Source of the DNA: an uncultured delta proteobacterium
GTDB taxonomy: Bacteria; Desulfobacterota; Binatia; UBA9968
Reading direction: 5' to 3'
DNA length: 64,000 bases
Assembly: GCA_963816145.1 (NCBI GenBank)
Contig: CAWFJP010000011.1
Location: forward strand, 465,630-529,629
Shown here: piece after piece, positions 23,968-33,837 of the stretch
How positions within the stretch are numbered: position 1 is the first letter of the stretch
Layout: every line of letters starts with the position of its first letter
Notes under the pieces: generated by a model
What the model saw: only the letters and a program-made list of their open reading frames with translations
Told to the model about the DNA's origin: nothing
The model's database searches: none
Made by a program: the position numbers and the translations under genes

Positions 23968-26007
23968 ATGAGAGCACGAGGTTTATTCGTACTATTTTTG
24001 TTGGGGGCGCCGGCGTCGGGAATTACCCAAGATTCGCTGCCGCCCATAGTAGTCACCTCGACCCGGCTACAGGATGTCGAGCAACCGGCGAGTCAGGTTC
24101 CTGGCAAGGTCATCGTCATTACTGCCGACGACATAAAAACACTTGGCGCCAAGACCATCCAGGAAGCGCTGCAGTATCAGACCGGCATGGTGCTCTATGA
24201 TCAGGTCGGCAATGACTTCCAATCCACGCTCGACATGCGGGGTTTTAACGGCCAACCGGTTACGACAACCGTCGTGGTTGTTGATGGCGTAAGAATCAAC
24301 GAGCCCGATTTTAACACCATCAACTTCGACTTGATTCCGATCGAAGACATCGAGCGCATCGAAGTCCTTCCCGGGACCGCGACCGTGTTTGGCCGCAATG
24401 CTTTGGGAGGCGTCATCAACATTACGACCAAGCGCGGCCGAACCGAAACACCGCGCGTTAGCGTCAGCATGGGTGGCGGTAGTTTCAGCCGGCAAAAATA
24501 CGGCTTCAGCACCGACGGGCTCCTGCCGTTTGGAAATTTAGACTACTATTTCGGCGTGTCGAGAGAGTTGACCGATGGCTATCGGGACGCCACCGGCGGA
24601 AGAATTACCCGGCTGTCGGGAAAACTCGGCTATCGTCTCGGCGCTGATACCGACGCAACCTTGAGTTACACTCACGTCTTGGATCACTTGAAGCAGGCCG
24701 GTGCTCTGCCCCTGAGTCTGCTGCATGTCGACCCCAAGGCCAATTTCACTCCAGGCGATTTTACCGACTCAGCCCTCAATTTGGTCGCGCTCAACGTGCG
24801 GCAAAAATTGCCGGCGGGGTTTTCTCTGGCAGTGAACGGATTTTATCGCAATAACGATCAGGAAGGCTTTGTGAAGGGACAATCTAGCGAATCTCTTTTG
24901 CAGACGCAGCTGGATTCCGGCGGCACTATTGCCCAACTGACGCACGACGGATCGATTCTGGCGAGAAAAAATCTTGCCACCTTAGGTTTCGAATACACCC
25001 GCAACCAGTTCGACATTACCAATTGTGGATTTTTCGGCGCCAATCAACCGCTGACATCCTGCAATTCTTCTAGTTTCGATTTTTTGACCAAACAGTTTAC
25101 CAAAGAGAATGTGATCGGCGCCTATTTCACCGATAGCCTCACCCTTTTCGAGCCATTAGTTCTCAACGCGGGCTTCCGCTACGATTGGGATAACATGAAT
25201 TTCACCGACAAGCTCGTCCCAACTCTTAGTGCTGCCAAGACCTATCATCGCTTCAACCCCAAAGCTGGTTTGGTTTACACGCCGATCAATAACCTCAGCT
25301 TCTCCTTCAGTTATTCAGAAGGCATTCGCATTCCTACCGTCAGCGAACTCTTCGCCCAGGGGCCATTCGGCTCTAATCCCAACCTGCAGCCGATGACCAG
25401 CCGCAACTTTGAAATCGGCGCCAAAGGAAGATGGGCCGATTGGTTGGAGGCCACATTGGCTCTATTCTACATGCCGGTTAAAGACGAAATCCTCTTCGTC
25501 GTAACCGATCCGATTAATTTTTTTGGAAGAAACGAAAACATCAGCCGAACCCTGCGCAAAGGTGTCGAGATATCCCTCAAGGGACATTACAAAAAATGGC
25601 TGGACGCCTTCTTCAACTACACCGCAACCAAAGCCACCTTCGAGACCGACGTGCTGTTATTTTCAGGCCAAGTTAAAAAAGGCGATGAAGTGCCGCTCGT
25701 GCCGCGCCATCGGGTATCAGTTGGAGTCAACGTTCATCCGTTGGACAATCTCACACTATCTCTCTTCGGCAACTATGTGAGCAATCAATTTCTGCTGGGC
25801 GACGAACCTAATCAAGGGAAGAAACTTGCCGACTATTTCGTCCTGAACAGTAGAATCGCTTACGAGCAGAAGTATTGGACCGCGCAGCTGGTGTTTAACA
25901 ATATGACCGATCGCAAATATTCGAGTTCGGGAATAATCACCAACCAGCCGTTTTTCGTGCCTGCGCCGACATTTAATGTGTTCGCGGGATTATCCTTTAA
26001 ATATTAG
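23968..26007 (+). CDS. btuB: TonB-dependent receptor, probable cobalamin transporter
   Basis: Signal peptide, TonB box (IVVTSTR), plug (IERIEVL.G....FG.NALGGVINI.TK), C-terminal aromatic residue; downstream of B12 riboswitch; GGAGGG RBS. Confidence 0.88.
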   Translation: MRARGLFVLFLLGAPASGITQDSLPPIVVTSTRLQDVEQPASQVPGKVIVITADDIKTLGAKTIQEALQYQTGMVLYDQVGNDFQSTLDMRGFNGQPVTTTVVVVDGVRINEPDFNTINFDLIPIEDIERIEVLPGTATVFGRNALGGVINITTKRGRTETPRVSVSMGGGSFSRQKYGFSTDGLLPFGNLDYYFGVSRELTDGYRDATGGRITRLSGKLGYRLGADTDATLSYTHVLDHLKQAGALPLSLLHVDPKANFTPGDFTDSALNLVALNVRQKLPAGFSLAVNGFYRNNDQEGFVKGQSSESLLQTQLDSGGTIAQLTHDGSILARKNLATLGFEYTRNQFDITNCGFFGANQPLTSCNSSSFDFLTKQFTKENVIGAYFTDSLTLFEPLVLNAGFRYDWDNMNFTDKLVPTLSAAKTYHRFNPKAGLVYTPINNLSFSFSYSEGIRIPTVSELFAQGPFGSNPNLQPMTSRNFEIGAKGRWADWLEATLALFYMPVKDEILFVVTDPINFFGRNENISRTLRKGVEISLKGHYKKWLDAFFNYTATKATFETDVLLFSGQVKKGDEVPLVPRHRVSVGVNVHPLDNLTLSLFGNYVSNQFLLGDEPNQGKKLADYFVLNSRIAYEQKYWTAQLVFNNMTDRKYSSSGIITNQPFFVPAPTFNVFAGLSFKY

Positions 26008-26039
26008 CGTCGGCTGACGGGCAATTTGCCGACTTTTCT

Positions 26040-26993
26040 GTGAAAATGAAGACATCGACAGCTTTTCGAGCAGCCACCGCGTTTCTTATCATTCTCCTAG
26101 TAGGTGCGGGTGACTGGCATCTCGCGCTCGCGATGGCGCAAACACGGACCATCATCGACGATCTCGGCTTTCACGTCGGAATAAGACCTAACATTCGCCG
26201 GGTCGTATCTCTGGTACCGACAAATTCCGAGATGATCTGTTTATTGGATTGCGACCGGTTAGTCGGCGGCACGCGCTATGACTATTACCCCGATGAATTG
26301 CCGAGACGAATGGCGCGCAAGCAGATCGACATCATCGGCGGCGGCTTCGATGCGAATTTGGAGAAGATCGTCCAGCTCCAACCGGATCTTATCCTCACCA
26401 ATGGGCCGACCCAGCAGCGCTTCGCCGTGCCGCTCAAAAACCTGGGCTTTGCTGTGATCAGTCTGTGGCCGCGCGACATGGCCGGACTGGTGAAAGACTT
26501 CTTGCTCTTGGGCGAGCTGCTCGGGCAAGAGCAGAAAGCGCGAACTTTTATCGATGAGATGCGCCCACGCTTTCAGGCGATAGTAAGTAAAACCAAGAAC
26601 AAGCCAAAAAGGCGGGCGTATCTGCAAATGTGGACCGAGCCGTTGATCACCGTGGGCGGGGCATCCTTTACCGACTGGCTGGTCAGCGCCGCCGGCGGCG
26701 TCAATGTTTTCGGCGACCTGTCGTTCGACTCGGGCCAGATCGGTTTGGAATCGCTGATTCAGAGAAATCCAGAAGTGCTGATTTTTCTCGCCGAGCAAGC
26801 GCCGTTCGTGAAGACTCTGCCGCGGCGTCCCGGCTGGTCGTCGATCCGCGGCGTGCGCGACGGCCATCTTTGTTTTATCGATGAGCCGGACATTCGCCGC
26901 AGCATCATGTTCATCGACGGCTTGGCAAAGCTGCACAATTGCCTTTTCGCTAACCCCGCAACGGCGCACCGGTTGCGATTGGAGCACAGGTGA
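26040..26993 (+). CDS. btuF: Cobalamin-binding periplasmic protein
   Basis: RVVSLVP..SE, NLEKIV.LQPDL, AGG.NVF, NPEV. Confidence 0.85.
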   Translation: MKMKTSTAFRAATAFLIILLVGAGDWHLALAMAQTRTIIDDLGFHVGIRPNIRRVVSLVPTNSEMICLLDCDRLVGGTRYDYYPDELPRRMARKQIDIIGGGFDANLEKIVQLQPDLILTNGPTQQRFAVPLKNLGFAVISLWPRDMAGLVKDFLLLGELLGQEQKARTFIDEMRPRFQAIVSKTKNKPKRRAYLQMWTEPLITVGGASFTDWLVSAAGGVNVFGDLSFDSGQIGLESLIQRNPEVLIFLAEQAPFVKTLPRRPGWSSIRGVRDGHLCFIDEPDIRRSIMFIDGLAKLHNCLFANPATAHRLRLEHR

Positions 26994-27958
26994 ATCGCTT
27001 TAGCTATCGGCTCATCCCGGTATCGGTGTTAGTTGTCATCCTGATCGGCTTGAGCATCGGACCGGTGCCCATCTCCCTCTTGGCAATGTCCGCGACAGAC
27101 AAAGAAATCTTGTTCAACCTGCGTCTGCCGCGAGTCCTCTCGGCTTTTTTGGTTGGTGGCGGACTGGCCCTCGCCGGGGCAATTTTTCAAGGGTTGTTCC
27201 GTAATCCCATCGCGGACAGTTATCTGCTTGGCGTCTCGTCCGGCGCGTCATTGGGCGCAGCCGCGGCGATCGTCTTCAAGCTCGCCTCGCCGTTGGCTAG
27301 TTTCGCCGCCGTCAGTGTCTTTGCTTTCACCGGATCGTTGGCCGCCCTCGCTTTGGTATTCTATTTTGGCCATCGCCAGGGTGGATTTTCGGTCTTTCGC
27401 CTCTTGCTCTCCGGTTTGGGCGTTGGCTTGTTTCTCTCGTCCCTCGTCGCCATCTTCATGCTGATGGCCGGCGAAGAGTTGAAAGCGCTGATTTTTTTCT
27501 TTCTTGGCGGCTTCTCCAGTTCCAGTTGGGACACCACCTGGGTCTCGCTCGGCTGCATCCCACTGGCGGCGCTAGCTGCCTGCTACTTCGCGCCCGAGTT
27601 GAATGTGTTACTGCTCGGCGAGGAGACCGCGCAAAGCAGCGGTGTTCGCACCGGGCGCGTGCAACTCACTTTCGCCATTCTCGCCGCTCTACTGACTTCC
27701 ATATCGGTATCGGTGGCTGGTTTGATCGGTTTCGTCGGTTTGATCGTGCCGCATATGATCCGTTTGATCTTTGGCGCCGACCATCGGACTTTGTTTCCGT
27801 TGACGTTTATTTCCGGCGGAATTTTTCTCGTGCTCTGCGACGCCGCGGCGCGCACCGTCATGGCGCCGGCGGAACTCCCCGTCGGCATCGTGACTTCGCT
27901 GGTCGGAGTGCCGATCTTTCTCTACCTGATCCGCAACGAGACCGGCGACTTGGGTTAA
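26990..27958 (+). CDS. btuC: FecCD/BtuC family ABC permease
   Basis: LRLPRV, QGLFRNP.AD..LLGVSSGA, LLGEE.A...GV, IGFVGLIVPH, ELPVGIVTSL.G.P. Confidence 0.9.
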   Translation: MNRFSYRLIPVSVLVVILIGLSIGPVPISLLAMSATDKEILFNLRLPRVLSAFLVGGGLALAGAIFQGLFRNPIADSYLLGVSSGASLGAAAAIVFKLASPLASFAAVSVFAFTGSLAALALVFYFGHRQGGFSVFRLLLSGLGVGLFLSSLVAIFMLMAGEELKALIFFFLGGFSSSSWDTTWVSLGCIPLAALAACYFAPELNVLLLGEETAQSSGVRTGRVQLTFAILAALLTSISVSVAGLIGFVGLIVPHMIRLIFGADHRTLFPLTFISGGIFLVLCDAAARTVMAPAELPVGIVTSLVGVPIFLYLIRNETGDLG

Positions 27959-27962
27959 GGCA

Positions 27963-28757
27963 ATGACAGCGACGAGCGCACTCGAGGTTCACAGCATCTC
28001 TTTCAGTTACAACGCCGGCCGACTGCTGAAGGAGATTTCCTTTTCCGTAGCCGCGGGCGAACTTATTGCTCTCATCGGCCCCAACGGCTCGGGGAAAACC
28101 ACCCTGCTGAAAATCATGCTCGGTCTGCTAGCGCCGAGCTGCGGCGAAGTTACTTTGCTCGGCCTGCCCCTAACGTCGTATCCACCTCGAATGCGCGCAA
28201 AGACCATCGCCTATGTCTCACAGCAGCCGGCTTTGAGTTTTCCCCTGACGGTGCGTGAGCTGGTCGCACTCGGACGCTATCCCCACGGCGCGCGCGGCAG
28301 AGAATCTTCGGCAGACAAGCTGGCCATAGTGATCGCACTGGAACGAGCCGCGGCGACGGAGCTGTGTAACCGGCAGTTCAACTCGCTGAGCGGCGGTGAG
28401 AGGCAGAAAGTCTTGATCGCCCGCGCCCTGGCGCAATCGGCTCAAGTCTTACTCCTCGACGAACCGACACTCCACCTCGATCTCAATTTTCAATTGCAAA
28501 TCCTCTCGGCATTGAAACGGTTATGCATTGAAGACGGAATCACCGTCATTACCGTCCTCCACGACATGAATTTGGTTTCGCTGTTCGCCGACAAAGCGCT
28601 GTTGCTGAGCGGCGGCATCCTGCGCGGCTTCGGCCCGATCGCCGAAGTTATCAACGAAGCCAGTATCAAAGAACTGCTCGACGTCGCCATGAAACCAATC
28701 AGCGGCGACGGCTCGGAGCCGCGCTATTTCGTGCCGCGCCGGCCGTTTCTTAAGTGA
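27963..28757 (+). CDS. btuD: ABC transporter ATP-binding protein (BtuD/FecE type)
   Basis: GPNGSGKTT, LSGGERQ, LLLDEPT.HLD, LHD. Confidence 0.92.
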   Translation: MTATSALEVHSISFSYNAGRLLKEISFSVAAGELIALIGPNGSGKTTLLKIMLGLLAPSCGEVTLLGLPLTSYPPRMRAKTIAYVSQQPALSFPLTVRELVALGRYPHGARGRESSADKLAIVIALERAAATELCNRQFNSLSGGERQKVLIARALAQSAQVLLLDEPTLHLDLNFQLQILSALKRLCIEDGITVITVLHDMNLVSLFADKALLLSGGILRGFGPIAEVINEASIKELLDVAMKPISGDGSEPRYFVPRRPFLK

Positions 28758-28770
28758 AATCTGCGAAACA

Positions 28771-30291
28771 ATGCGCGCCAAAACACTCATGGTCCAAGGC
28801 ACCGGTTCATCGGTCGGGAAAAGCGTTCTAGTGACAGCGTTGTGCCGGATTTTCAAGCAGCAGGGACTGCGAGTCGCGCCGTTCAAGGCGCAAAACATGT
28901 CGCTCAATTCATTCGTCACCGCGGCTGGCGAGGAAATCGGACGCGCCCAGGTTGTCCAAGCCGAGGCGGCGGGCATCGCGCCGACGGTCGAGATGAACCC
29001 GGTTCTGCTAAAGCCAGAGAGCGATCATCACGCGCAAATCATCGTCCGCGGCAGACCGTTGACGCGCATCAACGCCGCGCACTTTTCCCAACTCAAAACC
29101 GAGCTCTGGAGCGCGATTACGGAATCCATCGACCGGCTGCGCTGCACTTACGATGTCGTCGTCATCGAAGGCGCCGGCAGTCCCGCGGAGATCAATCTCA
29201 AGGATCGCGATCTGGTGAACATGAAAGTCGCGCTTTACTGCAACGCGCCGGTGTTACTAGCCGCTGACATCGACCGCGGCGGGATATTTGCAGCGCTCGT
29301 GGGCACCATGGAACTTCTTGAAGCGCGGGAGAAGGAGCGAGTCAAGGCGTTCATCGTCAACAAATTTCGCGGTGACGTCTCATTGCTCAAGCCGGGATTG
29401 GATTGGCTTGAAGCGCGCACCGGGATACCGGTCGCGGGCGTAGTTCCCTACTACCACGATATTCACATCGCCGAAGAAGATTCCCTCGCGCTTGAGAAGC
29501 GCCAAGAGATGAAACATCGCCGAGACTTCGATCTCGATATCGCCGTCATTGCCCTGCCGCATATTGCCAACTTCGATGACTTCGATCCTTTTGCACGAGA
29601 ACCCCGTGTTCGGCTGCGTTACATTGAAGCCGGCGACATGCTTGGCCAACCTGATTTGATCATTCTCCCGGGAAGCAAAACCACCGTGGCCGATCTCGAT
29701 TATCTCCGCAGCAGCGGCCGCGAACAAGAAATTAAAGGCGCAGTTGCAGACGGCATTCCGATCATCGGCATTTGCGGCGGATACCAAATGCTCGGCACCG
29801 CCATCTACGATCCGGACCTGATCGAATCGACGAACACGCTGACGGCCGGAATGAGACTTTTGCCGACGACCACACGCTTTTTGGCAATAAAATCGACCCA
29901 TCAGGTTAAAGCGCGCACATTGGCAGGTTTCGGGCTGCTCGCCAAAGCAAAGAACGTGGAAATTTCCGGTTATGAAATTCACATGGGACAAACTGAAGGG
30001 CAGGGACAGTCACACCCATTTCTCATCGAGCGACGCTCCCAGCAAGTCTGCTCCGACGGAGACGGAATCCTCAGCGCCGACGGTAACGTCATTGGCACCT
30101 ACATCCACGGCCTTTTTCATAACGACGCCTTGCGCCGCGCGATATTGCTTGAACTCGCCGAAAGAAAAGGCCAGAGGTTGGCAGAAAGCACTCTGCAATT
30201 TTCCGCCGATGAACAGTATGACCGACTCGCCGCTCATGTGCGCTCGAGCTTAAACATGGAACTTATCCAGCGCATCCTCGATCAACCGTAA
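28771..30291 (+). CDS. cobQ: Cobyric acid synthase
   Basis: MVQGT.S.VGKS, PFKAQNMSLNS, EGAGSPAEINL, DIDRGG, GICGGYQMLG, GYEIH, GTYIHGLF. Confidence 0.97.
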   Translation: MRAKTLMVQGTGSSVGKSVLVTALCRIFKQQGLRVAPFKAQNMSLNSFVTAAGEEIGRAQVVQAEAAGIAPTVEMNPVLLKPESDHHAQIIVRGRPLTRINAAHFSQLKTELWSAITESIDRLRCTYDVVVIEGAGSPAEINLKDRDLVNMKVALYCNAPVLLAADIDRGGIFAALVGTMELLEAREKERVKAFIVNKFRGDVSLLKPGLDWLEARTGIPVAGVVPYYHDIHIAEEDSLALEKRQEMKHRRDFDLDIAVIALPHIANFDDFDPFAREPRVRLRYIEAGDMLGQPDLIILPGSKTTVADLDYLRSSGREQEIKGAVADGIPIIGICGGYQMLGTAIYDPDLIESTNTLTAGMRLLPTTTRFLAIKSTHQVKARTLAGFGLLAKAKNVEISGYEIHMGQTEGQGQSHPFLIERRSQQVCSDGDGILSADGNVIGTYIHGLFHNDALRRAILLELAERKGQRLAESTLQFSADEQYDRLAAHVRSSLNMELIQRILDQP

Positions 30292-30293
30292 AC

Positions 30294-31445
30294 TCACCGA
30301 TTCGCCTTGCGATAGCCCAGCGCGTCCTGGGCGATGATCATTTTCTGCACGTTCGACGACCCTTCGACGATCTGGTACGACTTGGCGTCGCGGTAGTAGC
30401 GCTCGACCGGGAACTCGGTGGAGTAGCCGTAAGCGCCGAGGATTTTCATTGCCGCGTCGGCTGCATAATTCGCGGCTTCGGCCGCAGTGTATTTGCCGAT
30501 GGAGGTTTCTAAATTGTTAGGCTTGTTTTGGTCCGCGAGCCAAGCGGCTCGATAAACCAATAGACGCGCCGCTTCTTCGTGGGCGATCATTTGCGCGATC
30601 ATATCTTGATTCATCTGGAACTCGCCGATTTTTTGTCCGAATTGACTGCGTTGATTGCAGTAATTCACCGCAGCCTCTTTGGCGGCGCGCGCTACACCCA
30701 ATGCACCCGCGGCGCAGTTGAGTCTTGTTTGGCCCAACTGCCACATACAGATTTTAAAACCATCGCCTTCATTGCCAAGCCGATTCGCTACAGGAATGCG
30801 GAAGTTATCAAGAGTCAGCTCGCCCAGCGGCGAACAATGCGCACCCATTGCATCTAACGACTTGCGCGTCAGACCGGGCTCGTTCCAATCCGTATAGAAA
30901 GCGCTCATGCCGCGGTGTTTTTGCGCCCGGTCCGTGTACGCGTAGACGAGCCCGCCATTAGTTACCGGACCATTAGAAATCCAGATCTTGCCGCCGTTGA
31001 GGAAGTAGTCATCGCCTTTTTTGGTCGCCGTAGTGCGCATCGCCGCGACATCAGAGCCGGCATCCGCCTCGGTGATCGCAAAGCAGCCGATGGTTTCTCC
31101 GGAAACTAAACCTGGAATAAATTTCTGTTTCTGTTCCTCAGTGCCGAATTGCAGCAACGTCAACGCCGGACCGATCTGCATATTGATGGCGACGCGCATC
31201 GCGCTATGCACCCGTGCGACTTCTTCCGTGATTAGCACCATCGCCAGAAACCCCAGTCCGTTACCGCCATAAGTCTCAGGTATCACCGAGCCATAGAATC
31301 CTAGCTCGCCCATTTTCTTGACCAGATCGCCGCGAAAAGTTTTTTCCTTATCATCCTTCGCGGCGGTCGGCGCGATTTCCTTCTCGGCGAACTCCCGCGC
31401 CAAGTCACGCACGGCGATTAACTCGTCTGACAAATCAAAATCCAT
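30294..31445 (-). CDS. Acyl-CoA dehydrogenase, non-decarboxylating glutaryl-CoA dehydrogenase-like
   Basis: FQMNQDMIAQM, ILGAYGYSTE.PV, VEGS.N, C-terminal RKANR resemble the deltaproteobacterial glutaconyl-CoA-forming Acd; AAGGAGG RBS. Confidence 0.85.
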   Translation of the reverse strand: MDFDLSDELIAVRDLAREFAEKEIAPTAAKDDKEKTFRGDLVKKMGELGFYGSVIPETYGGNGLGFLAMVLITEEVARVHSAMRVAINMQIGPALTLLQFGTEEQKQKFIPGLVSGETIGCFAITEADAGSDVAAMRTTATKKGDDYFLNGGKIWISNGPVTNGGLVYAYTDRAQKHRGMSAFYTDWNEPGLTRKSLDAMGAHCSPLGELTLDNFRIPVANRLGNEGDGFKICMWQLGQTRLNCAAGALGVARAAKEAAVNYCNQRSQFGQKIGEFQMNQDMIAQMIAHEEAARLLVYRAAWLADQNKPNNLETSIGKYTAAEAANYAADAAMKILGAYGYSTEFPVERYYRDAKSYQIVEGSSNVQKMIIAQDALGYRKANR

Positions 31446-31462
31446 TGAACCTCCTTGGGAAT

Positions 31463-31551
31463 AGGCATGAGGCATGAGGCGAAAGGCGTGAATAAGAAAC
31501 GAAATGACGAGAAATGGTTTTCCTCTTGCCTCAGACCTCACGCCTCACGCC
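31463..31551. repeat. Heptamer-periodic inverted repeat (AGGCRTG / CCTCACG)
   Basis: AGGCATG AGGCATG AGGCGAA AGGCGTG ... CCTCTTG CCTCAGA CCTCACG CCTCACG; right arm overlaps the stop codon of the upstream acyl-CoA dehydrogenase. Confidence 0.7.
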
Positions 31552-32690
31552 ATTTTCAGCAATTCCCGCGCGATGATAATCTTTTGAATCTCCGACGTGC
31601 CCTCGTAAATCCTGAGCGCCCGCACGTCGCGATAGAGGCGCTCCATGATGCTGCCGGCAACTAGGCCGTTACCGCCGTGAATTTGCAGGGCTTGATCGAC
31701 AATGCGCTGCGCCGCTTCGGTGGCGTAGAGTTTCGCCATCGACGATTTCAGTTTGGTATCCGCGTTGCCACAGTCATGCGCCCAGGCTGCTTGGTAAACC
31801 AACAGCCGCGCAGCTTCTAACTCAGTGGCCATCTCGGCGAGCTTGAATTCAATTCCCTGGAACTCAGCAATAGGTCTGCCGAATTGCTGGCGCCTCTTGC
31901 TGTAACGAATCGCTTCCTCTAACGCTCTTTGGGCAAAGCCAACGGCAGCCGCACCGACGCTACAGCGTAAAAGATCGAGAGTCTCTAACGCGAGCTTCAA
32001 TCCGTCGCCCTCAGCACCGATTAACTTGGCTTCAGACACAATGGAGCCGGCGAATTCGAGTACACCGATTGGGTGTGGCGACAGCACTTGAGTTTTTTCC
32101 TTAACCGCCAAGCCATGAAGGCTCCCGTCGATGATGAAAGCGCTCACCCCCTTAGCCTTTTTCTCTGGCGCCGTCGACGCGAAGACAACGTAGAAGTCCG
32201 CGATGCCCGCATTGGAAATGAACCGCTTGGTACCGCTCAATAGAAATTGGTCAGCCTGGCGCAGCGCGGTCGTTTTTAATGAAGCGACGTCGGAACCAGC
32301 CTCCGGCTCGGTGATCGCGAAAGCTGCAATCGCGTCGCCGCTGGCGACCTTCGGCAGATAGCGACGCTTCTGTTCGTCATCTCCCGCTAGCGTGATTGGA
32401 TAACTGCCCAGCGCCTGTAGCGCGAACATGGTATCGGCGAGCGCATCGCCACGCGCCAACTCCTCGCGCAGAATGCACAGAACGCGCGCCTCCACTTGGT
32501 CGCCAACGCCACCGAACTGACGCGGCACGACATGTTTCAAAAATCCTGCAGCGCCGAATTGCTGAACCAAACGTCGGGCGCGCTGCTCAAGATCACTTTC
32601 GCGATCGGCACCGGCGAACAAATTCTTTTCCGCCCACTTCCGGACCTGCCCCTGCAAACTGGCATGATCGTGAGTGAAGAAAGGCAACAT
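31545..32690 (-). CDS. Acyl-CoA dehydrogenase
   Basis: LC.LRE.LA...LAD..FA.Q.LGS, FAITEPEAGSDV, K.FISNAGIAD, R.QFG, QIHGG.G, YRDVRALRIYEGTSEIQ. Confidence 0.93.
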   Translation of the reverse strand: MLPFFTHDHASLQGQVRKWAEKNLFAGADRESDLEQRARRLVQQFGAAGFLKHVVPRQFGGVGDQVEARVLCILREELARGDALADTMFALQALGSYPITLAGDDEQKRRYLPKVASGDAIAAFAITEPEAGSDVASLKTTALRQADQFLLSGTKRFISNAGIADFYVVFASTAPEKKAKGVSAFIIDGSLHGLAVKEKTQVLSPHPIGVLEFAGSIVSEAKLIGAEGDGLKLALETLDLLRCSVGAAAVGFAQRALEEAIRYSKRRQQFGRPIAEFQGIEFKLAEMATELEAARLLVYQAAWAHDCGNADTKLKSSMAKLYATEAAQRIVDQALQIHGGNGLVAGSIMERLYRDVRALRIYEGTSEIQKIIIARELLKMA

Positions 32691-32703
32691 GACGGATATG
32701 GAC

Positions 32704-32847
32704 TCAGGACCGATTGAATTTCACCGACCGCTTCTCGACAAACGCGCGATCATCCTCTGTGAAATCTGGCATCTGCGTCAAGGACGCCAGCTCCTGTGAG
32801 CCCAAATCCAAGGCTCCCACCAGATCCATAAATGAAATGTGAGTCAT
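32704..32847 (-). pseudogene. Probable C-terminal remnant of an enoyl-CoA hydratase
   Basis: MDLVGALD...Q....PDFTE..RAFVEKR..KF matches the crotonase C-terminus; lies between SDR and acyl-CoA dehydrogenase. Confidence 0.6.
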
Positions 32848-32940
32848 CGATTCATCTCTACCTGCCGAATGGAGTAATAGCGCGGTGACAGTTTCCACGC
32901 CATCCCCCCACCACTCCAATACCCCATCGCGTAATTCCGT

Positions 32941-33720
32941 TCACACCATCACCGCGCCGCCGTCGACATTGATCGCCTGACCGGTCATGCCGCTCATTTC
33001 CGGCGCCGCGATTAAACATGCCAGCGAAGCGACTTCTTCGGCTTCGATCAATCGCTTCTGCGGCGCGCTGGACGCGAACGCTTTGAGAATGTCATCAACA
33101 CTCTTGCCGGTCTTGTCGGCCATGATGCGGGCATTGTCGCGCGTGCGCTCATCGTCGATATAGCCGGGACAAATCGCATTCACGGTGACGCCGAACCGCC
33201 CGGTTTCCAGGGCCAAAGATCGTGTCAAGCCGAGCAGCCCATGCTTCGAAGCCGTATACGCGGTCACATGACTGTAACCGACTTTGGCGGTGGTCGACGC
33301 GATATTGATAATGCGGCCCCATTTAGCTTCGACCATCGCCGGCAAGAACACTTTGCAGCAATTGTAGGCGCCGGTGAGATTGGTGTCCAAGGTTTGATCC
33401 CAGGTTTCATCGGACATATCGGCAAAACTGACAGCGCGGGCGATGCCGGCGTTGTTGACCAAGATCTGCACGTCACCCCAGAGCTCTCGAATAGAATCCC
33501 GCAGCCGCCGCACTTGCTCTCGGCGCGTAACGTCACAAGCTATTGCCCGTACCTGTGCGCCATTTTGAGCCATCTTGTCCGCCGCTGTCCCGAGTCTCTC
33601 AAGATCGCGGGCGGTGATGGCAACGCGGCAGCCCCGCAATGCGAACTCACCTGCGATCGCCGCACCGATGCCGCTACTGCCACCGGTGACTAAAACAGTT
33701 TTGTTGGCGAGGCCGTCCAT
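32941..33720 (-). CDS. Short-chain dehydrogenase/reductase (3-hydroxyacyl-CoA/hydroxybutyrate DH-like)
   Basis: TGGSSGIG, LVNNAG, IINIAS, YTASKHG, VNAICPG. Confidence 0.93.
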   Translation of the reverse strand: MDGLANKTVLVTGGSSGIGAAIAGEFALRGCRVAITARDLERLGTAADKMAQNGAQVRAIACDVTRREQVRRLRDSIRELWGDVQILVNNAGIARAVSFADMSDETWDQTLDTNLTGAYNCCKVFLPAMVEAKWGRIINIASTTAKVGYSHVTAYTASKHGLLGLTRSLALETGRFGVTVNAICPGYIDDERTRDNARIMADKTGKSVDDILKAFASSAPQKRLIEAEEVASLACLIAAPEMSGMTGQAINVDGGAVMV

Positions 33721-33837
33721 ACTCGAACAATAGCATATGCCCTGGCGCCGTGCGTAATTCAATCGGCCGCGGCGCTTGTGATCGCCAAAGGTTTTCGATA
33801 AAGAGTTTTTCACTCAGATGCTGGTCAGGGTGCAATC

